A DNA stretch of 64,000 nucleotides from Antedon mediterranea (taxonomy: Eukaryota; Animalia; Echinodermata), in contig NC_092672.1 in assembly GCF_964355755.1 (NCBI RefSeq), positions 3,782,001 through 3,846,000 on the forward strand, given 5' to 3'. Under the pieces are notes generated by a model. That model saw only the letters and a program-made list of their open reading frames with translations. It made no database searches and was not told the origin of the DNA. The translations under genes and the position numbers were made by a program. Positions 26,311 to 38,570 of this stretch are shown here, piece after piece (position 1 is the stretch's first letter; each line of letters starts with the position of its first letter).

Positions 26311-29300
26311 GGGGTATCAACATGGCTAGAGTTTGTACTGGTGAAGTTTTAAACTATTTCAGAGGGAGGGAGGTTCATTTAGTTATGGAGTATGGCCAAA
26401 GAGGTTAAAAGTAATGGGGTATCAACATGGCTAGAGTTTGTACTGGTGAAGTTTTAAACTATTTCAGGGGGAGGGAGGTTCATTTAGTTATGGAGTATGG
26501 CCAAAGAGGTTGAAAGTAATGGGGTATCAATATGGCTGGAGTTTGTACTGGTGAAGTTTTAAACTATTTCAGAGGGAGGGAGGTTCATTTAGTTATGGAG
26601 TATGGCCAAAGAGGTTGAAAGTAATGGGGTATCAATATGGCTAGAGTTTGTACTGGTGAAGTTTTAAACTATTTCAGAGGGAGGGAGGTTCATTTAGTTA
26701 TGGAGTATGGCCAAAGAGGTTGAAAGTAATGGGGTATCAATATGGCTAGAGTTTGTACTGGTGAAGTTTTAAACTATTTCAGGGGGAGGGAGGTTCATTT
26801 AGTTATGGAGTATGGCCAAAGAGGTTGAAAGTAATGGGGTATCAATATGGCTGGAGTTTGTACTGGTGAAGTTTTAAACTATTTCAGAGGGAGGGAGGTT
26901 CATTTAGTTATGGAGTATGGCCAAAGAGGTTGAAAGTAATGGGGTATCAATATGGCTAGAGTTTGTACTGGTGAAGTTTTAAACTATTTCAGAGGGAGGG
27001 AGGTTCATTTAGTTATGGAGTATGGCCAAAGAGGTTGAAAGTAATGGGGTATCAATATGGCTAGAGTTTGTACTGGTGAAGTTTTAAACTATTTCAGGGG
27101 GAGGGAGGTTCATTTAGTTATGGAGTATGGCCAAAGAGGTTGAAAGTAATGGGGTATCAATATGGCTAGAGTTTGTACTGGTGAAGTTTTAAACTATTTC
27201 AGAGGGAGGGAGGTTCATTTAGTTATGGAGTATGGCCAAAGAGGTTGAAAGTAATGGGGTATCAATATGGCTAGAGTTTGTACTGGTGAAGTTTTAAACT
27301 ATTTCAGGGGGAGGGAGGTTCATTTAGTTATGGAGTATGGCCAAAGAGGTTGAAAGTAATGGGATATCAACATGGCTAGAGTTTGTACTGGTGAAGTTTT
27401 AAACTATTTCAGAGGGAGGGAGGTTCATTGAGTTATGGAGTATGGCCAAAGAGGTTAAAAGTAATGGGGTATCAACATGGCTAGAGTTTGTACTGGTGAA
27501 GTTTTAAACTATTTCAGGGGAAGGGAGGTTCATTTAGTTATGGAGTATGGCCAAAGAGGTTAAAAGTAATGGGGTATCAACATGGCTAGAGTTTGTACTG
27601 GTGAAGTTTTAAACTATTTCAGGGGAAGGGAGGTTCATTGAGTTATGGAGTATGGCCAAAGAGGTTGAAAGTAATGGGGTATCAACATGGCTAGAGTTTG
27701 TACTGGTGAAGTTTTAAACTATTTCAGAGGGAGGGAGGTTCATTGAGTTATGGAGTATGGCCAAAGAGGTTAAAAGTAATGGGGTATCAACATGGCTAGA
27801 GTTTGTACTGGTGAAGTTTTAAACTATTTCAGGGGAAGGGAGGTTCATTGAGTTATGGAGTATGGCCAAAGAGGTTGAAAGTAATGGGGTATCAACATGG
27901 CTAGAGTTTGTACTGGTGAAGTTTTAAACTATTTCAGGGGGAGGGAGGTTCATTGAGTTATGGAGTATGGCCAAAGAGGTTGAAAGTAATGGGATATCAA
28001 CATGGCTAGAGTTTGTACTGGTGAAGTTTTAAACTATTTCAGAGGGAGGGAGGTTCATTGAGTTATGGAGTATGGCCAAAGAGGTTAAAAGTAATGGGGT
28101 ATCAACATGGCTAGAGTTTGTACTGGTGAAGTTTTAAACTATTTCAGGGGAAGGGAGGTTCATTTAGTTATGGAGTATGGCCAAAGAGGTTGAAAGTAAT
28201 GGGGTATCAACATGGCTAGAGTTTGTACTGGTGAAGTTTTAAACTATTTCAGGGGAAGGGAGGTTCATTTAGTTATGGAGTATGGCCAAAGAGGTTGAAA
28301 GTAATGGGGTATCAACATGGCTAGAGTTTGTACTGGTGAAGTTTTAAACTATTTCAGAGGGAGGGAGGTTCATTTAGTTATGGAGTATGGCCAAAGAGGT
28401 TGAAAGTAATGGGGTATCAATATGGCTAGAGTTTGTACTGGTGAAGTTTTAAACTATTTCAGGGGGAGGGAGGTTCATTTAGTTATGGAGTATGGCCAAA
28501 GAGGTTGAAAGTAATGGGATATCAACATGGCTAGAGTTTGTACTGGTGAAGTTTTAAACTATTTCAGAGGGAGGGAGGTTCATTGAGTTATGGAGTATGG
28601 CCAAAGAGGTTAAAAGTAATGGGGTATCAACATGGCTAGAGTTTGTACTGGTGAAGTTTTAAACTATTTCAGGGGAAGGGAGGTTCATTTAGTTATGGAG
28701 TATGGCCAAAGAGGTTAAAAGTAATGGGGTATCAACATGGCTAGAGTTTGTACTGGTGAAGTTTTAAACTATTTCAGGGGAAGGGAGGTTCATTGAGTTA
28801 TGGAGTATGGCCAAAGAGGTTGAAAGTAATGGGGTATCAACATGGCTAGAGTTTGTACTGGTGAAGTTTTAAACTATTTCAGAGGGAGGGAGGTTCATTG
28901 AGTTATGGAGTATGGCCAAAGAGGTTAAAAGTAATGGGGTATCAATATGGCTAGAGTTTGTACTGGTGAAGTTTTAAACTATTTCAGAGGGAGGGAGGTT
29001 CATTGAGTTATGGAGTATGGCCAAAGAGGTTGAAAGTAATGGGATATCAACATGGCTAGAGTTTGTACTGGTGAAGTTTTAAACTATTTCAGAGGGAGGG
29101 AGGTTCATTGAGTTATGGAGTATGGCCAAAGAGGTTGAAAGTAATGGGATATCAACATGGCTAGAGTTTGTACTGGTGAAGTTTTAAACTATTTCAGAGG
29201 GAGGGAGGTTCATTGAGTTATGGAGTATGGCCAAAGAGGTTAAAAGTAATGGGGTATCAACATGGCTAGAGTTTGTACTGGTGAAGTTTTAAACTATTTC

Positions 29301-32300
29301 AGGGGAAGGGAGGTTCATTTAGTTATGGAGTATGGCCAAAGAGGTTGAAAGTAATGGGGTATCAACATGGCTAGAGTTTGTACTGGTGAAGTTTTAAACT
29401 ATTTCAGGGGAAGGGAGGTTCATTTAGTTATGGAGTATGGCCAAAGAGGTTGAAAGTAATGGGGTATCAACATGGCTAGAGTTTGTACTGGTGAAGTTTT
29501 AAACTATTTCAGGGGGAGGGAGGTTCATTGAGTTATGGAGTATGGCCAAAGAGGTTGAAAGTAATGGGGTATCAATATGGCTAGAGTTTGTACTGGTGAA
29601 GTTTTAAACTATTTCAGGGGAAGGGAGGTTCATTGAGTTATGGAGTATGGCCAAAGAGGTTGAAAGTAATGGGGTATCAATATGGCTAGAGTTTGTACTG
29701 GTGAAGTTTTAAACTATTTCAGAGGGAGGGAGGTTCATTGAGTTATGGAGTATGGCCAAAGAGGTTGAAAGTAATGGTGTATCAACATGGCTAGAGTTTG
29801 TACTGGTGAAGTTTTAAACTATTTCAGGGGAAGGGAGGTTCATTTAGTTATGGAGTATGGCCAAAGAGGTTGAAAGTAATGGGGTATCAACATGGCTAGA
29901 GTTTGTACTGGTGAAGTTTTAAACTATTTCAGGGGGAGGGAGGTTCATTGAGTTATGGAGTATGGCCAAAGAGGTTGAAAGTAATGGGGTATCAACATGG
30001 CTAGAGTTTGTACTGGTGAAGTTTTAAACTATTTCAGGGGAAGGGAGGTTCATTGAGTTATGGAGTATGGCCAAAGAGGTTGAAAGTAATGGGGTATCAA
30101 CATGGCTAGAGTTTGTACTGGTGAAGTTTTAAACTATTTCAGGGGAAGGGAGGTTCATTGAGTTATGGAGTATGGCCAAAGAGGTTGAAAGTAATGGGGT
30201 ATCAACATGGCTAGAGTTTGTACTGGTGAAGTTTTAAACTATTTCAGAGGGAGGGAGGTTCATTGAGTTATGGAGTATGGCCAAAGAGGTTGAAAGTAAT
30301 GGGGTATCAACATGGCTAGAGTTTGTACTGGTGAAGTTTTAAACTATTTCAGGGGAAGGGAGGTTCATTTAGTTATGGAGTATGGCCAAAGAGGTTGAAA
30401 GTAATGGGGTATCAACATGGCTAGAGTTTGTACTGGTGAAGTTTTAAACTATTTCAGGGGAAGGGAGGTTCATTTAGTTATGGAGTATGGCCAAAGAGGT
30501 TGAAAGTAATGGGGTATCAACATGGCTAGAGTTTGTACTGGTGAAGTTTTAAACTATTTCAGAGGGAGGGAGGTTCATTTAGTTATGGAGTATGGCCAAA
30601 GAGGTTGAAAGTAATGGGGTATCAATATGGCTAGAGTTTGTACTGGTGAAGTTTTAAACTATTTCAGGGGGAGGGAGGTTCATTTAGTTATGGAGTATGG
30701 CCAAAGAGGTTGAAAGTAATGGGATATCAACATGGCTAGAGTTTGTACTGGTGAAGTTTTAAACTATTTCAGAGGGAGGGAGGTTCATTGAGTTATGGAG
30801 TATGGCCAAAGAGGTTAAAAGTAATGGGGTATCAACATGGCTAGAGTTTGTACTGGTGAAGTTTTAAACTATTTCAGGGGAAGGGAGGTTCATTTAGTTA
30901 TGGAGTATGGCCAAAGAGGTTAAAAGTAATGGGGTATCAACATGGCTAGAGTTTGTACTGGTGAAGTTTTAAACTATTTCAGGGGAAGGGAGGTTCATTG
31001 AGTTATGGAGTATGGCCAAAGAGGTTGAAAGTAATGGGGTATCAACATGGCTAGAGTTTGTACTGGTGAAGTTTTAAACTATTTCAGAGGGAGGGAGGTT
31101 CATTGAGTTATGGAGTATGGCCAAAGAGGTTAAAAGTAATGGGGTATCAATATGGCTAGAGTTTGTACTGGTGAAGTTTTAAACTATTTCAGAGGGAGGG
31201 AGGTTCATTGAGTTATGGAGTATGGCCAAAGAGGTTGAAAGTAATGGGATATCAACATGGCTAGAGTTTGTACTGGTGAAGTTTTAAACTATTTCAGAGG
31301 GAGGGAGGTTCATTGAGTTATGGAGTATGGCCAAAGAGGTTGAAAGTAATGGGATATCAACATGGCTAGAGTTTGTACTGGTGAAGTTTTAAACTATTTC
31401 AGAGGGAGGGAGGTTCATTGAGTTATGGAGTATGGCCAAAGAGGTTAAAAGTAATGGGGTATCAACATGGCTAGAGTTTGTACTGGTGAAGTTTTAAACT
31501 ATTTCAGGGGAAGGGAGGTTCATTTAGTTATGGAGTATGGCCAAAGAGGTTGAAAGTAATGGGGTATCAACATGGCTAGAGTTTGTACTGGTGAAGTTTT
31601 AAACTATTTCAGGGGAAGGGAGGTTCATTTAGTTATGGAGTATGGCCAAAGAGGTTGAAAGTAATGGGGTATCAACATGGCTAGAGTTTGTACTGGTGAA
31701 GTTTTAAACTATTTCAGGGGGAGGGAGGTTCATTGAGTTATGGAGTATGGCCAAAGAGGTTGAAAGTAATGGGGTATCAATATGGCTAGAGTTTGTACTG
31801 GTGAAGTTTTAAACTATTTCAGGGGAAGGGAGGTTCATTGAGTTATGGAGTATGGCCAAAGAGGTTGAAAGTAATGGGGTATCAATATGGCTAGAGTTTG
31901 TACTGGTGAAGTTTTAAACTATTTCAGAGGGAGGGAGGTTCATTGAGTTATGGAGTATGGCCAAAGAGGTTGAAAGTAATGGTGTATCAACATGGCTAGA
32001 GTTTGTACTGGTGAAGTTTTAAACTATTTCAGGGGAAGGGAGGTTCATTTAGTTATGGAGTATGGCCAAAGAGGTTGAAAGTAATGGGGTATCAACATGG
32101 CTAGAGTTTGTACTGGTGAAGTTTTAAACTATTTCAGGGGGAGGGAGGTTCATTGAGTTATGGAGTATGGCCAAAGAGGTTGAAAGTAATGGGGTATCAA
32201 CATGGCTAGAGTTTGTACTGGTGAAGTTTTAAACTATTTCAGGGGAAGGGAGGTTCATTGAGTTATGGAGTATGGCCAAAGAGGTTGAAAGTAATGGGGT

Positions 32301-33311
32301 ATCAACATGGCTAGAGTTTGTACTGGTGAAGTTTTAAACTATTTCAGGGGAAGGGAGGTTCATTGAGTTATGGAGTATGGCCAAAGAGGTTGAAAGTAAT
32401 GGGGTATCAACATGGCTAGAGTTTGTACTGGTGAAGTTTTAAACTATTTCAGAGGGAGGGAGGTTCATTGAGTTATGGAGTATGGCCAAAGAGGTTGAAA
32501 GTAATGGGGTATCAACATGGCTAGAGTTTGTACTGGTGAAGTTTTAAACTATTTCAGAGGGAGGGAGGTTCATTGAGTTATGGAGTATGGCCAAAGAGGT
32601 TGAAAGTAATGGGGTATCAACATGGCTAGAGTTTGTACTGGTGAAGTTTTAAACTATTTCAGAGGGAGGGAGGTTCATTGAGTTATGGAGTATGGCCAAA
32701 GAGGTTGAAAGTAATGGGGTATCAACATGGCTAGAGTTTGTACTGGTGAAGTTTTAAACTATTTCAGAGGGAGGGAGGTTCATTGAGTTATGGAGTATGG
32801 CCAAAGAGGTTGAAAGTAATGGGGTATCAACATGGCTAGAGTTTGTACTGGTGAAGTTTTAAACTATTTCAGAGGGAGGGAGGTTCATTGAGTTATGGAG
32901 TATGGCCAAAGAGGTTGAAAGTAATGGGGTATCAACATGGCTAGAGTTTGTACTGGTGAAGTTTTAAACTATTTCAGAGGGAGGGAGGTTCATTGAGTTA
33001 TGGAGTATGGCCAAAGAGGTTGAAAGTAATGGGGTATCAACATGGCTAGAGTTTGTACTGGTGAAGTTTTAAACTATTTCAGAGGGAGGGAGGTTCATTG
33101 AGTTATGGAGTATGGCCAAAGAGGTTGAAAGTAATGGGGTATCAACATGGCTAGAGTTTGTACTGGTGAAGTTTTAAACTATTTCAGAGGGAGGGAGGTT
33201 CATTGAGTTATGGAGTATGGCCAAAGAGGTTGAAAGTAATGGGGTATCAACATGGCTAGAGTTTGTACTGGTGAAGTTTTAAACTATTTCAGAGGGAGGG
33301 AGGTTTTAAAC
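26311..33311. repeat. 105-bp satellite array, ~67 monomers (7 kb)
   Basis: Unit GGGGTATCAACATGGCTAGAGTTTGTACTGGTGAAGTTTTAAACTATTTCAGAGGGAGGGAGGTTCATTGAGTTATGGAGTATGGCCAAAGAGGTTGAAAGTAAT; variation confined to about 8 positions; no ORF. Confidence 0.99.
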
Positions 33312-33894
33312 TACTGGAGTGAAGTCAGTGAGAGTGAGGTCGAGAACTACCTTCTCTGTGTTGTATAATAAAGTTCTTTTTATGATTCGTGTGAATCTTT
33401 ATTCAGATCTGTTTTATTTTACAGTACAGTTTTTATGTTTCTCCTGAGGTGAATAAATTTGAATAAATTGTCCATTGAATATAAAAGTTTCATTTATTAA
33501 ACAGAATTTAACAACTTTGTTTTTAAGTACAATGTTGTCCAATTAGTTTGCATTCACTGTTAATTGCTTGTCATTTCAAAATGATAATTTGAAGTGTACA
33601 ATTGATGTTTTATTTGCGTAATGAATGTATGTAGTTAATTCTTCATACAACTTTTTTTTAGCCGTTCTTTATTATCTTTTGGTTTTATTGAATGATTTAT
33701 GGCGGAGCGAAAATCGCTTGCTTTGAAAGAAAAAGTACCAATTTAATTAGAGATTTGTTTAAAGCAACGAAAATAAAATGATGCCTGAGATGTAGGTTGA
33801 TGTTCCATGTTTACTGGTTATTAGTTGTTGAGGCGTGTATCAAGTTAAAGCAGTTTAATGTTTCAACATGTATGAAAATTGAACATGTTTTATA

Positions 33895-34645
33895 ACCCAC
33901 TATTTTCTATTGAATTGCATCAAAGCCAAATTAAACGTGTTTTAATGTTTGTGATATGATGGTTAGAAATGAAGATTAAAACTCCTAAAATAACAAACTG
34001 TTTTTTATTGAATTGCGTGTATCAAAGCCAAGTTAGCGTGTTTTAATGTTTGCGATATGATCGTTAGAAATGAAGATTAAACTTCTGCAAGTTTTATAAC
34101 AAACTATTTTCTATTGAATTGCATGTATCAAAGCCAAGTTTAAGGCCCATTTACACTAGGACGATAACGATCGACGATAAATATATAAGCATGCATTTTT
34201 ATTACATAAAACAAAAGAAATTAGCAAGGTTTTCGTTTTTGGACTATAGGATAATCATTTATGCTGTCTTTGATAAAAATAATATTTTTAAAATTCCAAT
34301 CAAATGACGTCATGATAAATAAAAACAATAAAATCGTTCTATTGTCACGATATTATTGCTCTTACTAATCATGACTTCATTTTATTGGACGTGTGAAAAT
34401 ATCATTTTCATCAAAGGAAGCATAAATGGTTATTCTATGGTTCTAAAATAAAAAGTTGTTATATTTCTTTTGTTTTATGTATGAAAAATGCATATTTGTC
34501 TATTTATCGTCGATCGTTAAATCGTCCTAGTGTAAATGGGCCTTTAGACATGTTTTATTGTTTGCGATATGATGGTTAGAAATAAAGATTAAAACTTCTT
34601 TTATAACTATTTTTTATTGAATTGTGTATCAAAGTCAAGTTAGAA
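33895..34645. repeat. ~100-110-bp degenerate tandem repeat (~3.5 units) interrupted by MITE family C
   Basis: tattgaattg..tcaaagccaa..tgttttaatgtttgcgatatgat.gttagaaatgaagattaaa recurs on both sides of the MITE. Confidence 0.8.
34143..34543. mobile_element. PIF/Harbinger-like MITE family C, complete, TTA TSD
   Basis: TTA|aggcccatttacactaggacgat...atcgtcctagtgtaaatgggcct|TTA with long internal palindromy. Confidence 0.9.
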
Positions 34646-35231
34646 ATAAAGTAATGTTACAATAAAATATACAAGAGATTAAAAAATTTAAAAAATCTTT
34701 AAAGAAAAGAATACCTTTTGGGGACACCTATAAGCGACCATTTTCCTGTGAATATCAAAGGGCAATATGTGTTTTAACACTACGGCCAACCCTAATCCCA
34801 CTAACACTGTTGAGTCCTAATGTCCCCTTAATAAGGACCTACTAAGGAGACAGTACACTGTTGGGTCCCTATCTTGTCCCCTTAATAGGGGTGTACTGTA
34901 CTAGTATTCTAGTGTCAGTAGCTATGTATCTTTTGCTATCTAATTGCAATTATGTATTAAAAAGATGTTTTTTGCCTATAATTAAATAACTTTGAATATT
35001 TTAGAAAGTAATGAATAGTATTTTATTAGATAAAGTGGAGCTTTTGTCAAGAATAGTTATTTTTTTATTGTATTGATGGGTTTTAAGAATTATTAGGATT
35101 GTACTCTTTTTTTATGTGAAGGATGTGGCCCAAAGGAAAATTGAAATGGAAATATAAATGCTGAATTTAGAGTAGGATATTGATGTTTATCTGTTTATGA
35201 TTACACCAAATAAGGCTTGCTACATAATTGT

Positions 35232-35562
35232 GTAAACAGGTTAAAGAATAAACCAAATATGGGTACTGCAGTAACTGCAGTAGGGTCATTTTTAATGGTT
35301 TCTGTGAAATGTGTAGTGTACAAAAATGTACATTCTTGTTCTTAAATATTAAATGTATTGTACGATGTATATTATGATTTTCTTAATATCATTTGGATAA
35401 ACAAGTTAAAGAATAAATCAAATATAGTTACTGAAGTAACTGCAGTAAAGTCATTTTTAATGGTTTCTGTGAAATGTGTGTAGTATACAAAAATATAATC
35501 TTCTTAAATATTAAATGGTATTGTATGATAGTTACATATATTATTATGACGTTCTTAATATC
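35232..35562. repeat. ~165-bp tandem duplication
   Basis: taaaca.gttaaagaataaa..actgcagta..gtcatttttaatggtttctgtgaaatgtgt..ttcttaatatc occurs twice. Confidence 0.8.
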
Positions 35563-35601
35563 GTTGTTTAATGGTACGATGTAAATAATCCTTACATATA
35601 G

Positions 35602-35715
35602 ATGCAAATTATCATTAGCTTACAAATCTCGTACTAAAGGAAGACTAGGTGGGATTATGTAACAATAATATGAAATCAAAACTTCAGGATTCGCTGTGGG
35701 AATTTTGTTCTATAA
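35602..35715 (+). pseudogene. Decayed upstream exon of the 36042-36697 ORF
   Basis: catatag| ... |gtaacc, 114 nt, phase 1-1 and in phase with the 36042 acceptor. Reads DANYH*LTNLVLKED*VGLCNNNMKSKLQDSLWEFCSI with two TAG stops. Confidence 0.35.
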
Positions 35716-36041
35716 GTAACCAAACTCTCTGTCTTTGTTCAGCTCTGTTAACTACAATATATCATGTATCTCTTTAAGAAAGCCTACCATTTAATATATA
35801 CAATTTGCATTAGCTTACTTTTTTCCTAAAACAGAAATAATTTTGTCTTGAAGATAACTTACAATAAACTTGCTAAATAAAGAGTAAACAACATATACTG
35901 CAGTAACTGCAGTATAATAATTTTGACATGGTCTGTATACATTAATATTCTGTATTTACACATTGTTTGTAGGACTACTGAACGTATATGTATAAAATAT
36001 CATTATATAATCTCAGAAAACAAATGTTTTGTATTTTTCAG

Positions 36042-36697
36042 TAAATTTTGAGCACCAGCAAGATTTTGTAGACGTAAACAAGCGAGTTCGCCAATTGGAA
36101 TTGTCTGCGTCATCTAAAAAACAAGATTTGAAAAGATGTTCTTCAGAAAAATTAAAACCCGAAATTAGAGATGCACTAAAATGTCACCTTGGGGTCAGCT
36201 CAGGACGTGATTTTGACGATGAATCAGATGATAGTGATTATACAAGTTCAGTAGAAGGCGTTTATCAACTCCAGGATTCCGAGTCGGATGAAGAGTTACC
36301 CCGTAGTCGCACGCCTGTTGACAAGGCTACAGACGAACTACCCCAAAACCTTTCACATACTGACAAAAAAGATTTACCTCGGGGGCATACAAGAACGCAT
36401 GAAGACGTCGAGGACTGCGACGATGAATTTTCTCCAAAACGAACAAAAATATCAGAAAGTGGATGTGTTGAGTCGAATGCGGAAGCCAGTGCAAACCCGT
36501 TGCAATCATCACCGCGACAATTTCCTGTTTCAACAATGCCATTGGGATACGGTCAACAACGGCCATGGAAAAGCTCTATGCAATCACCGTCACAGGGTAG
36601 TGGGAGTCGGTCAAGCAACACTCGTACAAGAGTCATTTCAAGTAGCAATGAAGATTCTGAAAGTCCGCGGTCAAGTTCATTTTATAACACTATGTAA
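36042..36697 (+). CDS. Large terminal exon encoding an acidic, Ser-rich, probably disordered region; unknown gene, possibly transposon-derived or a pseudogene
   Basis: Acceptor tatttttcag at 36041; ~218 open codons, GC/CpG-richer than the flanks; AATAAA at ~36843 and ~36879. No recognisable domain. Confidence 0.55.
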
Positions 36698-36910
36698 TAA
36701 TTTCTATTTCTTGTTAGTGTGTTTGTTTTTCAATTTTTGAAATGTATCATTCTTTTATAAATCGAACTGTTTGTCGTCTTGTTTTATTGCTGGAGCAAGA
36801 GCAGTTTCGGCTGGATGGACCACCCTCATAAAATATTGTTAAAATAAATTAAGATAAGATTATGCTTGATAACTTGCCGAATAAATATTAATTACCATTG
36901 TTGTCTATGA

Positions 36911-37092
36911 AGCCTGTTTTCCTCTTGACGTTATTGGACGCTATCGTTGTTGATCATTAACAATTCAACGACGATTGTTTCAAAACAATCAAGTTGAAAG
37001 GATAACGATAGCGAGTACCTTTTCCTGTAAATCGTTAACATTTCAATGTTTACGTAGAAAATTGCCGAATAACGTCGACAGGAAAACAGGTT
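36911..37092. mobile_element. MITE
   Basis: agcctgttttcctcttgacgttatt ... aataacgtcgacaggaaaacaggtt inverted termini. Confidence 0.65.
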
Positions 37093-37854
37093 TTAGGGCC
37101 TAGGTGCGAAATTAGGGAGGGATTATACTGGTTTTGCATTAACAATCTTACCAAATTATTGTGTTCAAATGTACCCTATAGGAGGATCTACTCTAGCATA
37201 GGATTATACTTGCATGTTAATCTTGTGTTATATACAATACTGTATATCTCTCTATTGTCATTTTACTCATATCTGACTACTCGTAATCAGTAGTATATAT
37301 TAAACACAAGAATAAGATGTTGCTCTTGTCATCAATATGAAGTAACACTATTCTATTTGTAAACAACTAGTGAAAGGTTTTCACAGTAAATTTCTATGTA
37401 ATATTTAAAACAATGACAACCAACCATGACAACTGGTTACACAAATAATCAATAGATAACAAAATACGTATATCAAATCAATTCAACTTTTATTCATCAT
37501 CATTATCAAAATATAAAGAAAAACAGTTGATAAAGAGATGAAAAGAAAACACATATAAAATCGAATGAGCTTGGTGTACCCTTTCTGAAAAAAATGTACA
37601 TTATTTTTAATTTTAAAAAAGTCATATAGATGAAATGTGAACGGGACCGTACTACTGTACTAATTTAAAAATTGTTGTTTGGCCATTTTGATATCGCATA
37701 ATAGTTATTCACTTTGACCAAAAATCGGATCCCAAAATAATACCTACTAACCTGATAAATCCGCATTTTAATTCAACAAGTAAATTTTTTTTGTCATTTT
37801 TTAAAGCAAATCATAATTTTTGTTTGAATACATTTTTATCAAATTACAAAAATA

Positions 37855-38272
37855 CAGTAGAACCCTCTTAAAGGGCTTCAGGACCAAAAAAAAAAATGTG
37901 AATAGCCCATATATGGACTTGATGATGTCATATTACTACCATACTTGGGCATATCACTACCATATTTAAGCATATCACTACCATATTTGGGCACATCACA
38001 CTGTGTTCCCTGAATAGAGGTGTCCCCTGGATATAGTTGAATAGAGGTGTCCCCTGGATATAGTTGAATAGAGGTGTCCCCTGGATATAGTTGAATAGAG
38101 GTGTCCCCTGGATATAGTTGAATAGAGGTGTCCCCTGGATATAGTTGAATAGAGGTGTCCCCTGGATATAGTTGGCCGTATTTGGCCCTATTTTTAAGAC
38201 AGATTTCCTATCATTCATTTCACAGAAAACTATCCTCTTAAAGGTGGTGTCCACTGAATAGGGATTCTACTG
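37855..38272. mobile_element. Tigger/pogo-like MITE (TA|CAGTAGAA...TTCTACTG|TA) holding a family-A fragment and a 27-bp x6 minisatellite (38012-38173)
   Basis: TIRs and TA flanks visible; the unit GAATAGAGGTGTCCCCTGGATATAGTT explains the NYIQGTPLF repeats of the spurious ORF. Confidence 0.75.
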
Positions 38273-38295
38273 TATATTAGCCTAGATCATTTCAA

Positions 38296-38570
38296 GTGTC
38301 CCTTTAATGGGGTGTCCCCTAGGAGTATCCCTTTAATTGTGGTGGCCCCTAGGAGTGTCCCTTTAATTGGGGTGTCTCTTTAATTGTGGCGTCCCCTAGG
38401 GGTGTGTCATTTTAAGTGGGCTGTCCCTTTTAGTGGGCTGTCCCTTTAATTGAGGTGTCCCTTTAAGTGGGCTGTACCTTCAATTAGGCTGTCCCTTTAA
38501 TTAGGCTGTCCCTTCAATTAGGCTGTCCCTTCAATTAGGCTGTCCCTTTAGTTGGGCTGTCCCTTTAATT
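38296..38570. repeat. Degenerate ~18-bp minisatellite (GGCTGTCCCTTTAATT)
   Basis: More than 10 recurrences of gtccct(t). Confidence 0.85.

Noticed and set aside
26311-33311. CRISPR array or repeat-protein gene
   Set aside because: There are no unique spacers and monomers are contiguous. Although 105 is a multiple of 3, the frames I translated contain stops and the ORF track shows nothing here; the context is eukaryotic.
33620-33850. Possible further decayed exon (..FMAERKSLALKEKVP..)
   Set aside because: About five stops in ~70 codons, not distinguishable from random AT-rich sequence.
36288-36740. Overlapping 150-aa alternative-frame ORF and antisense 79-aa ORF
   Set aside because: Shadow frames of the GC-richer 36042-36697 exon with no independent support.
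37928-38254. NYIQGTPLF-repeat precursor resembling a neuropeptide
   Set aside because: It is the 27-bp minisatellite inside a MITE; no signal peptide or dibasic cleavage sites.
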